Origin: a virus
Taxonomy: Duplodnaviria; Caudoviricetes
DNA length: 64,000 nt
Reading direction: 5' to 3' (one strand)
IMG/VR virus record: IMGVR_UViG_3300038825_000529
Span: 1,539-65,538 of that record
The translations under genes were made by a program, and so were the position numbers. The notes beneath the pieces were generated by a model. It was not told the origin of the DNA. It was given only the letters and a program-made list of their open reading frames with translations, and searched no databases. Shown in pieces: positions 44,803 through 54,719 of the stretch; positions within the stretch are counted from its first letter, which is position 1; each line of letters starts with the position of its first letter.

Positions 44803-45023
44803 ATGCCTACAATATAACCCTAGCCCCTTACATCACTAACACTACCTCTACCCTTACACCATATATAGCTACTCTTAGAACGTACCCTATACCCCCCTAG
44901 ACCGCTTCTACGTCCTCACCCTCCGCCGCTCCTTGGGTTCAGCCTTCCGATTGCAACTACTTTACAAATAAGTCCCTGTGATAAAAATTTTGCGAAAAAA
45001 TTTTTTACGATTATACTTTTCGG

Positions 45024-45407
45024 ATGGGTTTTAAACTTAGCTTGGTTCTCGGAGTCCTATTGGCGGCATCTTTGGCGGGTTCGTGGTTCTTATTAGACCA
45101 GATATCCACGCTCAAAGGTAATCAGATAATCCTGGAATCAAAAATATCCGAGCAAAACGAATCCATCAAACAATACCTAGCTAAACAAGAACAGCTGTCC
45201 GCGAGTCTTGGTACGTTAGAAGCCGAAAAACAAAACGCACTTCGTGAAGTAAATAAATTAAGAAACACATTTGCTAAGCACGATCTAGATAACCTTGCAC
45301 TAAACAAACCTAAACTTGTTGAGAAGATGGTTAACCGTGGTACTAAACGAGTAATAGATAACCTTGTAGAGTTGACCACGGTCAGCGAGGAGGAGCCGAG
45401 TGGATGA
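45024..45407 (+). CDS. Inner-membrane spanin (Rz-like)
   Basis: N-terminal TM helix then periplasmic coiled coil; followed by a lipoprotein gene. Confidence 0.75.
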   Translation: MGFKLSLVLGVLLAASLAGSWFLLDQISTLKGNQIILESKISEQNESIKQYLAKQEQLSASLGTLEAEKQNALREVNKLRNTFAKHDLDNLALNKPKLVEKMVNRGTKRVIDNLVELTTVSEEEPSG

Positions 45408-45760
45408 AGAAGGACCGATTGAAAAAATTTAGTATTATTGCGTTGTTCGCGGTCAGTGGTTGTTCGTTATTACCTACAGCTAAACCGATAGATGTGAATA
45501 CGATCGCATTACCTGCTCCGATGTACCACCCACCGTTACCTATGGAAATCCAAGCGACCGAGGTAACATTTGAAGTGTTAACTCCAGAGATCATGGAAGA
45601 ATACCTACAACTCGTTAAAGACGGTAAAGCTCCTGCGGTTGCATACTATGCGTTGACTACACAACAATACGAAAACCTTTCGATGAATATGGCAGAGATC
45701 ACACGCTACACAAAGAACATTTTAGCGATTGTAGAGTATTATAGGGAATACGATGAGTAA
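45404..45760 (+). CDS. Outer-membrane spanin lipoprotein (Rz1-like)
   Basis: FAVSGC lipobox, Pro-rich segment, YENLSMN motif; GAGGAG RBS. Confidence 0.75.
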   Translation: MKKDRLKKFSIIALFAVSGCSLLPTAKPIDVNTIALPAPMYHPPLPMEIQATEVTFEVLTPEIMEEYLQLVKDGKAPAVAYYALTTQQYENLSMNMAEITRYTKNILAIVEYYREYDE

Positions 45761-45893
45761 AGGAAGTAAACGTAGACCAGAAAAAGGTAATCAATACCAA
45801 GATAACTGGGAAAAAATATTCGGGAAGAAAGATGCCAAAAACAGTACCAAAGTTCAAAGAACCACTAATCTTCGGGTATCACATCCACGCTAG
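45753..45893 (+). CDS. Small basic protein (46 aa)
   Basis: MSKGSKRRP...YQDNWEKIFG, a recurrent small phage ORF; below the ORF-track cutoff. Confidence 0.55.
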   Translation: MSKGSKRRPEKGNQYQDNWEKIFGKKDAKNSTKVQRTTNLRVSHPR

Positions 45894-46149
45894 ACCTGAA
45901 TTAGGCGAGATCAAATGGCAGTGGGCTGATCAACGTAAACAGTTTTGGGAAGATTGGATTCCTAAAGATAAAGATCTAATTATTCATACCAAACTATCCG
46001 CGGACCACGAACAGTTGTTCAGGGATGCCTTCTGGCAAGACATGGAAGACGAAATACGGAATACGAAAGATAGTCTAAATTTCAGGGCTAGGGAACGACG
46101 GGCTAAGAAAAAAGCTACCGCGAACCAAGGATCCCACCCCTCACCCTAA
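45832..46149 (+). CDS. Hypothetical protein
   Basis: 105-aa ORF. Confidence 0.55.
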   Translation: MPKTVPKFKEPLIFGYHIHARPELGEIKWQWADQRKQFWEDWIPKDKDLIIHTKLSADHEQLFRDAFWQDMEDEIRNTKDSLNFRARERRAKKKATANQGSHPSP

Positions 46150-46211
46150 CTACTTTACTTATCCCTAAAACACAACGTTTTACATTTTGTTATTAATTAG
46201 CTTATACTTCG

Positions 46212-46826
46212 ATGATGGCGGATCTCGATCGTATAACCGAATTGCTTTTATCAGAAGATTTTGGTGCTGACGTACCTGATTCTTTAATGGGTCGAATGAT
46301 TCCTGATACCGAACCTACACTAAATCCTTTATTAGAATTATTAACCGACCGACAAGGACAAGATGATTTTTTAATGATGATGGCAGGACTTCCTAAAAAA
46401 CCCGCTAAAAGTGCAATCAACGTAGGGATGCAAAGATTTATGTTACCTGTAGATGAAATAGCAAGAACAGCTACTACACGATCAGGAGCACCAAAACTTA
46501 CAGGCGAAGCGTTAAAACGACAAAACATGATTAACGAAGCATACCAAACAGCTAACCCTGCTCCTACGTTAGCTACTATGTATCAAAAAGCTTTAGATCA
46601 AATACAAAAAGCAAAAGAACTAGCTAGAGATACGATTGGCATGAAAAACCCAGCAGGACAAATAAAACAAGCCGATGCAATGGAAGCAGCAGCATTAAGA
46701 GAGATCGAACGAATAAGAAAAGCAGGAGGCGGTAAACTGCCTGATTTAATGCCTGATAAATTAACTCCCGAACAAATACAACAAGCAATGCGAGAAGCAG
46801 GTCTAGGAAGCTTATTTAAACCCTAA
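46212..46826 (+). CDS. Met-rich hypothetical protein upstream of TerL
   Basis: 204 aa; TTTACA...TATACT immediately upstream suggests a leaderless transcript. Confidence 0.6.
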   Translation: MMADLDRITELLLSEDFGADVPDSLMGRMIPDTEPTLNPLLELLTDRQGQDDFLMMMAGLPKKPAKSAINVGMQRFMLPVDEIARTATTRSGAPKLTGEALKRQNMINEAYQTANPAPTLATMYQKALDQIQKAKELARDTIGMKNPAGQIKQADAMEAAALREIERIRKAGGGKLPDLMPDKLTPEQIQQAMREAGLGSLFKP

Positions 46827-48353
46827 ATGACATCTAACGCAGATAAGTTAGCAGCTTTACGAGAAATAGATGTTTCTCATTTAACTAAAGCAGAAGCTAA
46901 AGAATTTACGATTCTTTTAGAAGAACTAGAAAAACGTGAATTTCAAGAAAAAGCCACAAGCACCTTTATGGATTTTGTTAAATCTATATGGCAAGAATTT
47001 ATTAACGGTGATCATCACGTTAAAATGGCAAAAGCTTTTGACGATATTGCTACAGGTAAACTTAAACGTTTAATTATTAATATGCCGCCTAGACATACAA
47101 AGTCTGAGTTTGCATCACATTTGTTCCCTGCGTACTTATTAGGTAAAAATCCTAAATTAAAAATTATAGAAGCAACCCATACCGCTGACCTTGCGGTTAA
47201 CTTCGGACGTAAAGTTAGGGATTTAATTGACGGAGAAGAATACGCGGCTTTATTTCCTGAAACTGAACTAAAAGCAGATAGTCGTTCTGCAGGTAAATGG
47301 TTAACAAATAAAGGCGGTGAATATTACGCAGCAGGTATTGGTGGTGCATTAGCAGGAAGGGGTGCGGATTTGTTTATTATTGACGATCCACATTCGGAAC
47401 AAGACGCTATGTCCGATAAAGCGATGGACGAGGCTTACGAATGGTTTATGGCAGGTCCACGACAAAGGTTACAACCTGGAGGTGCAATCGTTATTGTGAT
47501 GACCCGTTGGAATAAAAAAGATCTTACAGGGCGGTTAGTTAAGAAAATGGCACAAGATCCTGGAGCAGACCAATGGGAGGTTATTGAGTTTCCTGCAATA
47601 TTACCAAGCGGTAAACCTTTATGGAATAATTTTTGGAAATTAGAAGAACTCGAAAGTATAAAAGCATCAGTTAGTCCAGGAAAATGGGCGGCTCAATATA
47701 TGCAACGACCTACAGGTGAAGGTATTTCAATTATACCGAAAGATTGGTTTATGATTTGGGACGAAGAAAAACCACCTAAATGCGATTATCTAATACAAAG
47801 TTTTGATACAGCGTTTTTAAAATCAGAAAGAGCTGACTATACTGCTATAACAACGTGGGGTGTATTTTATCCTGAAGGTAAAATAGGCGAAGAACACTAT
47901 CACGGGGATGAAGCTCATTTAATTTTGATTGATTGTATAAAAGAACGTTACGATTTTCCTGAATTAAAAGCCGAAGCTTTACGTTTGTATGAATATTGGC
48001 AACCTGATACAATTATTATTGAAGCAAAAGCTAGTGGTTTGCCATTAGTACAAGAATTACGTAGAATCGGTATTCCTGTAAATACTTTTTCTCCTGGAAA
48101 AGGGCAAGATAAAATAGCTAGACTAAATTCTGTGTCTCCTATTTTTCAAGATGGACGTGTTTGGATTCCAGATAACCGTTGGGGCGAAGAACTTATGGAT
48201 GAAGTTTCTGATTTCCCGAACGGTGAGAACGATGACTTAGTAGACGCAACGACTTTAGCGTTAGCTAGGTTCAGGGAAGGCGGGTTTTTGACACTTTCGA
48301 GTGATTATTTTGAAGAGGAAGAACCCTATCAAGGCGAAAGGGTTTATTATTGA
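46827..48353 (+). CDS. terL: Terminase large subunit
   Basis: INMPPRHTKS Walker A, GRGADLFIIDDP Walker B, VMTRW, SFDTA, IEAKASG and DDLVDA nuclease motifs. Confidence 0.95.
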   Translation: MTSNADKLAALREIDVSHLTKAEAKEFTILLEELEKREFQEKATSTFMDFVKSIWQEFINGDHHVKMAKAFDDIATGKLKRLIINMPPRHTKSEFASHLFPAYLLGKNPKLKIIEATHTADLAVNFGRKVRDLIDGEEYAALFPETELKADSRSAGKWLTNKGGEYYAAGIGGALAGRGADLFIIDDPHSEQDAMSDKAMDEAYEWFMAGPRQRLQPGGAIVIVMTRWNKKDLTGRLVKKMAQDPGADQWEVIEFPAILPSGKPLWNNFWKLEELESIKASVSPGKWAAQYMQRPTGEGISIIPKDWFMIWDEEKPPKCDYLIQSFDTAFLKSERADYTAITTWGVFYPEGKIGEEHYHGDEAHLILIDCIKERYDFPELKAEALRLYEYWQPDTIIIEAKASGLPLVQELRRIGIPVNTFSPGKGQDKIARLNSVSPIFQDGRVWIPDNRWGEELMDEVSDFPNGENDDLVDATTLALARFREGGFLTLSSDYFEEEEPYQGERVYY

Positions 48354-48379
48354 GGAAAATCATACTATGATGTATTACC

Positions 48380-50809
48380 ATGGCTATTGAAAAACAACCA
48401 ATTCCTATGCGTTCTCGTTCTGAAGACCCAATCGAACTAGAATTAGTACAGCAACCCGACGAAGAAACTGAGCTTTTCGTTCAGCCTGATGGTTCTATTG
48501 TGCGTGGCAGCGACATGGAAGAAGAAACACCGTCTAAGTTTGGCGAAAACTTAGCAGAAGTTTTAGACGACCGTGAATTAAACACTATTGCCGCAGAATT
48601 AGTTTCATCTTACGAAGAAGATTTAGATTCTAGAGATGATTGGTTTCAAACATACAGCGAAGGTTTAGAATTATTAGGCATTAGTTCTGATTCTAGGTCA
48701 CAACCTTTCGTTGGAGCTTCAGGAGTACATCATCCGATCCTTGCTGAAGCAGTAACACAGTTCCAAGCACAAGCTTATAAAGAAATGTTACCCGCAGGTG
48801 GACCTGTAGATACAGAAGTTTTAGGAATTACCGATAATGCTAAGATGGAAAAGGCAAATCGTGTAAAAAACTTCATGAATTACCAAATTACGTACAAAAT
48901 GGAAGAATATGACCCAGAAATGGATCAATTACTCTTTTATTTACCGCTTTCTGGCTCCGCTTTCAAAAAAGTTTACTACGATCCTGCTTTAGGACGTGCG
49001 GTTGCACGTTTTGTTAAGTCAGAGCACCTTGTTGTTCCGTATTACGCAGTAGATTTACTTACCGCACCAAGAATTACCCATGTAATTCATATGAACGAGA
49101 ACGAATTACGTAAATTACAAATTTCTGGGTTCTATAAAGACACCGATATGATGTCTCCGACCAGTAATCCTGATTTAACGGAAGTAGATGATAAAATTGA
49201 CGAACTTCAAGGGTTAACTAGAACAATAAGCGACGAAGAATTTACGTTATTAGAAATGCACGTTAATTTAGACCTCGAAGGCTTCGAAGATGTAGACGCT
49301 AACGGTGAAGAAACAGGATTAGCATTACCCTATATCGTTACTATTTGTAAAGATAATAATAAAGTATTAGCGATTAGACCTAACTATGATCAAAACGATC
49401 CTATGCGTAAAAAAGTTGAATATTTTACTCATTATAAGTTTCTTCCAGGATTAGGTTTTTATGGTTTTGGTTTAATTCATATGATGGGTGGATTAACTAA
49501 ATCAGTTACTTCTATTTTACGTCAGTTGATTGATGCAGGTACGCTTTCTAATTTACCCGCAGGATTTAAATCAAGAGGACTAAATATTCAGCGTCATGAT
49601 GATCCGTTACAACCTGGAGAGTGGCGTGATGTCGATGCTCCTGGAGGTCGATTACAAGACGCGTTTTTACCACTGCCTTATAAAGAACCAAGCGGTACAT
49701 TAGCCACCTTACTAGGTGCTTTAGTTGATTCAGGTAAAAGATTTGCAGCAACCGTAGAAAATCCGACAGGCGACGGTAATTCCGAAGCTCCTGTAGGCAC
49801 AACCGTAGCATTAATGGAAAAAGGACAACGAGTAATGTCCGCAATCCATAAAAGATTACATTATGCACAAAGATGTGAGTTTAAAATACTAAAAAGAGTA
49901 TTTGGTGAGTTTTTACCACCTGAATACCCTTATCAAGTACAAGGTGCTTCCGAAAACGTATTTAAACAGGATTTTGATGGTTCTGTAGACGTTATACCAG
50001 TTTCTGACCCTAATATCTTTAGTATGACACAAAGAATTACATTAGCTCAGACACAATTACAAATGGCACAAGCCGCACCTGAATTACACGACTTACGTGA
50101 GTCGTATAAGAAAATGTATATCGCATTAAACATAAAAGATATTGATGCACTCCTTCCACCTGAACAAGAAGTACCTGCACGTGATCCTATTAGTGAACAA
50201 CAAGCAGTTTTAACAGGAACACCGATTAGAGCTTACGAGTTTCAAAACCACGAAGCTTATATAGCAGCACATAGTGCGTTTATGCAAAATCCTATGGTCC
50301 AACAAAATCCAGTAGCTTCACAAGCAATCGGTGCAAATATACAAGAACACCAAGCGATGTTATATAAATTACAAATAGAACAAGCGATGGGACAACCGTT
50401 ACCAGAAATACAAGCAGGACAAATGCCGCCTGAAATGATGAATGAGATTGCATTAATGGCACAAGCAGCAACACAACAAGTTACAGGTCAAGCACAAGCG
50501 ATGGCAGCAGCAATGCAAACACCAGATCCACAAAGACAGATGTTCGAACAACAACTACAACTTGAAAGAGAACAGTTGATGCAAAAAGAAGGCGACGATC
50601 AAAGAGATGCACAACTAGCCGCAATGAAAGCTGAATTAGACGCACAAATTAAACGTGAGAAGATCGAAGCTGATTTACGTGTACAAGATACTAAAGCCGC
50701 AATAGAATTGCAAGAACTAGAGCAAAGAGCTAAAGTTGATGCAGAAAAGAACTATACGGAATTAGTTAAAACAGTTCGAGAAACTCGAAAACAAAACGGA
50801 GAAAAATAA
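48380..50809 (+). CDS. Portal protein
   Basis: 809 aa after TerL; HPILAEAVTQFQAQAY.E, GSAFKKVYYD, GFYGFG, LRQLIDAGTLSNLP; Gln-rich barrel. Confidence 0.9.
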   Translation: MAIEKQPIPMRSRSEDPIELELVQQPDEETELFVQPDGSIVRGSDMEEETPSKFGENLAEVLDDRELNTIAAELVSSYEEDLDSRDDWFQTYSEGLELLGISSDSRSQPFVGASGVHHPILAEAVTQFQAQAYKEMLPAGGPVDTEVLGITDNAKMEKANRVKNFMNYQITYKMEEYDPEMDQLLFYLPLSGSAFKKVYYDPALGRAVARFVKSEHLVVPYYAVDLLTAPRITHVIHMNENELRKLQISGFYKDTDMMSPTSNPDLTEVDDKIDELQGLTRTISDEEFTLLEMHVNLDLEGFEDVDANGEETGLALPYIVTICKDNNKVLAIRPNYDQNDPMRKKVEYFTHYKFLPGLGFYGFGLIHMMGGLTKSVTSILRQLIDAGTLSNLPAGFKSRGLNIQRHDDPLQPGEWRDVDAPGGRLQDAFLPLPYKEPSGTLATLLGALVDSGKRFAATVENPTGDGNSEAPVGTTVALMEKGQRVMSAIHKRLHYAQRCEFKILKRVFGEFLPPEYPYQVQGASENVFKQDFDGSVDVIPVSDPNIFSMTQRITLAQTQLQMAQAAPELHDLRESYKKMYIALNIKDIDALLPPEQEVPARDPISEQQAVLTGTPIRAYEFQNHEAYIAAHSAFMQNPMVQQNPVASQAIGANIQEHQAMLYKLQIEQAMGQPLPEIQAGQMPPEMMNEIALMAQAATQQVTGQAQAMAAAMQTPDPQRQMFEQQLQLEREQLMQKEGDDQRDAQLAAMKAELDAQIKREKIEADLRVQDTKAAIELQELEQRAKVDAEKNYTELVKTVRETRKQNGEK

Positions 50810-51012
50810 TGAGAGATTATTACGATAACGATAAATATCCTTCACCGTCACCTAAGAAAACAAAGGCGTCTCCTAGTTTTCCTAGCGTAGAGGATACAAC
50901 AAAAACACAATCTGTTCAAGCAGGTGAATGCTTAGACAAACCTGAAGAAGCTAAAGTAAAAGCGGCTTATGGACAGACAAAAGGACTTCTTTGGTATCGT
51001 TCTATTAAATAA
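50809..51012 (+). CDS. Small hypothetical virion-region protein
   Basis: GGAG RBS; coupled to the portal gene. Confidence 0.6.
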   Translation: MRDYYDNDKYPSPSPKKTKASPSFPSVEDTTKTQSVQAGECLDKPEEAKVKAAYGQTKGLLWYRSIK

Positions 51013-51015
51013 TTA

Positions 51016-51213
51016 ATGGACTATATCTTAGCAACGGAGCATTTGCTTCGTAAATTTCGTGAGAGGAAAGAAGCTCTCATGCAAACATTGGCTTCTGGAA
51101 GTATTGAGAATTTTGAGCAATACCAAAGGATAGTCGGTGAAATAGCAGGTTTGAGTTTCTGTGAACAGGAAATTCAAACTTTACATTCTAATATGGAGGA
51201 TGCAAATGACTAA
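51016..51213 (+). CDS. Small conserved protein upstream of GroES
   Basis: LASG....EQY...VGEIAGL motif. Confidence 0.7.
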   Translation: MDYILATEHLLRKFRERKEALMQTLASGSIENFEQYQRIVGEIAGLSFCEQEIQTLHSNMEDAND

Positions 51214-51658
51214 TGAAGTCGAAAACACAACTGTTCCAGATAGGGTAGATAATTTCGGTAGTAATGGTGCGGCTAAAGCAGAATTAGCTTCAGAGCCAAC
51301 AATTACTCCTGATAATGTAGACTCTCATGCAAGTTCGTTACCCCGTCCAACTGGGTATCGAATTTTAATATTACCTTTTAGCCCCAAAGCGGTAACTAAA
51401 GGTGGAATACATATAGCAAAACAAACGGTCGATAAGGAAAGGTTAGCGACTGTTGTAGGGTACGTAGTTTCTCTAGGACCTGATGCTTATAGTGATCCAC
51501 ATAAGTTTCCAGAAGGAGCTTGGTGTAAAGAAGGTGATTGGGTTATCTTCGGTCGATATGCGGGAGCTCGTTTTCAAATAGAAGGTGGCGATATGCGTCT
51601 TTTAAATGATGACGAAATTTTAGCTTGTATCGATGACCCAGAAGCAATTTTATCATAA
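51206..51658 (+). CDS. groES: Co-chaperonin GroES (Cpn10)-like
   Basis: PTGYRILI, TKGGI, VVSLGPDAY, GDWVIFGRYAG and LLNDDEILA motifs; GGAGG RBS. Confidence 0.88.
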   Translation: MTNEVENTTVPDRVDNFGSNGAAKAELASEPTITPDNVDSHASSLPRPTGYRILILPFSPKAVTKGGIHIAKQTVDKERLATVVGYVVSLGPDAYSDPHKFPEGAWCKEGDWVIFGRYAGARFQIEGGDMRLLNDDEILACIDDPEAILS

Positions 51659-51676
51659 CAAACTTGAGGAGGACTC

Positions 51677-52564
51677 ATGCAAAATAACGAAGCCGAAAAA
51701 ATAGAATTAGAATTACCTGAAGGGGAAGTCGATATACACGCAGCAGACGTAGACGATTCGATTAAAGACGAAGTCGTCGAAGAAGCTCCTGTAGAAGAAG
51801 TAAAAGATGAATTAGATACTATTTCTGATTCAGTGCAAAAGCGTATCGATAAGTTAACTTATAAGATGCGAGAAGCCGAAAGACAGCGGGATGAAGCTGT
51901 TAATTACGCTCAAAGTGTTAATCAAACAGCAACTAGTTTAAAAGAGAAATTAAAAAACTCTGACACTTCCCTTTTCAAAGAGTACGATAACAGGGTACAA
52001 TCTGAAATTGAAGGAGCAAAGAGACTTTTAAAAGATGCACAAGAAGCAGGAGATAGTGAAGCAGTGGTTGAAGCAACTACGATTCTTTCTCGTGCTACCG
52101 CTGAAGCAGAAAATCTTAAAAGACTACAAGCTCAACAACAAGTTAGGGAAAAGGCAAAACCAGAAGAAGTTCCAGTTGAGCCTTATCAACCGACTTTACA
52201 GCCAGAACAAGCTCCAGGACCAGATCCTAAAGCTGAAGCATGGGCTGAAAAGAATGAATGGTTTGGAGATGACCAAGCAATGACATTTGCAGCATTTGGA
52301 ATACATAAAGAATTAGTAGAAGAAGGCGTTGATCCGACTTCTGATAAGTACTATGCCGAAGTTGATAAACGTATGGCTGAAAATTTCCCACACAAGTTTT
52401 CTAACGAGCAACCTGCCCCCGTGCAACAGGTCGCTGCTTCTAGCCGAGGGGCTAGTGGTAAAAAATCATCACGCAAAATTAAGTTGACACCTAGTCAAGT
52501 AGCAATAGCTAAAAGACTAAATGTGCCACTAGAAGAATATGCTAGACATATCGAAGGAGTATAA
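51677..52564 (+). CDS. Capsid scaffolding protein
   Basis: Acidic coiled coil, VQKRIDKLT, DPKAEAWAEKNEWFG and LTPSQVAIAKRL motifs. Confidence 0.78.
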   Translation: MQNNEAEKIELELPEGEVDIHAADVDDSIKDEVVEEAPVEEVKDELDTISDSVQKRIDKLTYKMREAERQRDEAVNYAQSVNQTATSLKEKLKNSDTSLFKEYDNRVQSEIEGAKRLLKDAQEAGDSEAVVEATTILSRATAEAENLKRLQAQQQVREKAKPEEVPVEPYQPTLQPEQAPGPDPKAEAWAEKNEWFGDDQAMTFAAFGIHKELVEEGVDPTSDKYYAEVDKRMAENFPHKFSNEQPAPVQQVAASSRGASGKKSSRKIKLTPSQVAIAKRLNVPLEEYARHIEGV

Positions 52565-52565
52565 A

Positions 52566-53060
52566 ATGACCGAAGAAAATAAAACAGAAGTCAATACTGA
52601 TCGTAACTCACGATCTGCAGAGACACGAGCCTCTCAAACTCGCAGAAAGCCTTGGGCTCCCCCGTCTATGTTAGACGCACCCGAAGCTCCTCCTGGATAT
52701 CAATTTAGGTGGATTCGTGAAGCTACTCGAGGAATCGATGATAAATCTAATATGTCTAAACGTATTAGAGAGGGATATGAACCTGTGAGAGCAGAAGACT
52801 ATCCTGATTTCGAAGCTCCTACTATTGAAAACGGTAGCAACACTGGAGTAATTGGAGTCGGAGGATTAATACTTGCTAAAGTTCCAGTCGAAACCGCAGC
52901 AGAGCGTAATGCTTATTTTAAAGATCAAGCAGATACCGCGATGCAAGGTGTAGATCAAAACTTTATGCGAGAAAGTGATGCTAGAATGCCTATTAAAGAT
53001 AGTGATATCCAAAGGACTTCTAAAGTCGCCTTCGGTAGTAAACCTACCGATGCAAAGTAA
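52566..53060 (+). CDS. Conserved head-module protein
   Basis: WAPPSMLDAP..P.GY..RWIR...REGYEPV motif; AGGAG RBS. Confidence 0.72.
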   Translation: MTEENKTEVNTDRNSRSAETRASQTRRKPWAPPSMLDAPEAPPGYQFRWIREATRGIDDKSNMSKRIREGYEPVRAEDYPDFEAPTIENGSNTGVIGVGGLILAKVPVETAAERNAYFKDQADTAMQGVDQNFMRESDARMPIKDSDIQRTSKVAFGSKPTDAK

Positions 53061-53097
53061 TTAATAATAACAATGTATATAGACAAAGGAGAAAACA

Positions 53098-53637
53098 ATG
53101 GCTAATACAAATAAACCAGATGGTTTTACTCCCGCATATCATATGTACGGAGGTGTTATTCGCCCTGCTAAAATGAGAATCGCAAGTGCAACTAACGCAT
53201 CAATCTTTTCAGGTGATGTTGTTAATTTATCTAGTGGTTATGTCATCCAAGGCACAGCGACAGGCACACCCGTAGGTGTATTTTACGGAGTATACTATAC
53301 AGCTACTGACGGCACCCCAACTTTCTCGAAAGTTTGGACTGCTGACACAGCTACCCAAGGCGGAGCAGATGCAGAAGCTCTCGTTTATAACGATCCTGGA
53401 ATCGTTTACGAGGCTCAATTTACAGCTGGAACACCAGCAGTAAGTTTTATCGGCTCTAAATATACTCTTTCTACGACTGCAGGTTCAACATTGAACGGTA
53501 GATCAAAGGAAGGGGCAACCGCAACAACCTCAAGTGGTGTAGCGTTATGTGTAGGATTCGCCTCGCAACCAAGCAACGAAATCGGTGCTTATGCGAGAGG
53601 GTTATTCACATTCCCTACTAACACTTTTGCTGTTTAA
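53098..53637 (+). CDS. Capsid decoration/minor capsid protein
   Basis: MAN...GF.P, IFSGD.V, GVFYG and DP..VYE motifs; immediately upstream of the major capsid gene. Confidence 0.7.
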   Translation: MANTNKPDGFTPAYHMYGGVIRPAKMRIASATNASIFSGDVVNLSSGYVIQGTATGTPVGVFYGVYYTATDGTPTFSKVWTADTATQGGADAEALVYNDPGIVYEAQFTAGTPAVSFIGSKYTLSTTAGSTLNGRSKEGATATTSSGVALCVGFASQPSNEIGAYARGLFTFPTNTFAV

Positions 53638-53654
53638 TTCTAAGGAGATAAATA

Positions 53655-54563
53655 ATGGCGATTAACAGAGCACAACTAGTCAAAGAACTAGTTCCTGGAC
53701 TCCATGCTCTCTTTGGATTAGAGTATGAGAGATATAATAACGAACACGAAGACATCTTCGATACTGAGAACTCCGAAAGGGCTTTTGAGGAAGAAGTAAT
53801 GTTAAGTGGATTTGGTGAAGCACCGACTAAAGGAGAAGGAGCCGCAGTCATTTATGACACAGCTCAAGAATCCTGGACATCTCGTTTCACGCATGAAACT
53901 ATCGCACTAGCGTTTGCGTTAACAGAAGAAGCAATCGAAGATAACCTCTACGACACACTTTCTTCACGTTACACAAGAGCACTAGCACGTTCGATGCAAC
54001 AAACAAAGCAAGTTAAAGCAGCTAATGTTTTAAACAATGCTTTTAGTTCATCTTACGTTGGCGGTGATGGAAAAGAGCTTTGTGCTACAGACCATCCAAC
54101 TGTTGCGAACGTTGATTTAAGTAATGAGCTGTCTACAGCTGCTGACCTTAATGAAACTTCTCTAGAGCAATCATTGATTGATATCGCTGGGTTTAAGGAT
54201 GAAAGAAACCTTAAAGTAAATGCACAAGCAAGGAAATTAATTATTCCACCTGCTTTGCAATTCGTAGCGGATAGATTGATGGAAACTCCAGGAAGAGTTG
54301 GTACTTCAGATAACGATATTAATGCAATTAGAAATATGGGAATGGTCTCAGAAGGCTACGTTGTAAATCATTATCTAACAGATACTGACGCTTTCTTCAT
54401 CAAAACTGATGTTCCTAACGGGTTAAAACACTTTGTTAGAACTCCTGTATCTACTAGTATGGAAGGCGACTTCGAAACTGGTAACGTAAGATACAAGGCG
54501 AGAGAACGTTACAGCTTTGGTTGGAGTGACTGGAGAGGTATCTTCGGTTCACCAGGAGCCTAA
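53655..54563 (+). CDS. Major capsid protein (HK97 fold, Mu gpT-like)
   Basis: MAINRAQLVKEL.PGL.ALFG.EY, SERAFEEEV, EEAIEDNLY and YKARERYSFG.SDWRG motifs. Confidence 0.93.
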   Translation: MAINRAQLVKELVPGLHALFGLEYERYNNEHEDIFDTENSERAFEEEVMLSGFGEAPTKGEGAAVIYDTAQESWTSRFTHETIALAFALTEEAIEDNLYDTLSSRYTRALARSMQQTKQVKAANVLNNAFSSSYVGGDGKELCATDHPTVANVDLSNELSTAADLNETSLEQSLIDIAGFKDERNLKVNAQARKLIIPPALQFVADRLMETPGRVGTSDNDINAIRNMGMVSEGYVVNHYLTDTDAFFIKTDVPNGLKHFVRTPVSTSMEGDFETGNVRYKARERYSFGWSDWRGIFGSPGA

Positions 54564-54583
54564 TTCATTAACGTGAATTCATT

Positions 54584-54614
54584 AAAGGGGAACTTCGGTT
54601 CCCCTTTTCTTTTT
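54584..54614 (+). terminator. Rho-independent terminator after the capsid gene
   Basis: AAAGGGGAAC-TTCG-GTTCCCCTTT plus T-tract. Confidence 0.9.
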
Positions 54615-54638
54615 GTAGGCATTCGTATACAATCAAAA

Positions 54639-54719
54639 GACTAGGATATATTAACCTGTTCTACAGACTGACCTAGCAGACAAGCCGAGACAGTAGAACT
54701 TATTTCCACGGAGGAAATT
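54639..54719 (+). ncRNA. Putative pseudoknotted cis-regulatory leader RNA
   Basis: GTTCTAC/GTAGAAC stem; 5' CTAGG pairs with loop CCTAG; ATTTCC/GGAAAT hairpin over the GGAGG RBS; TACAAT -10 at 54628. Confidence 0.55.
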
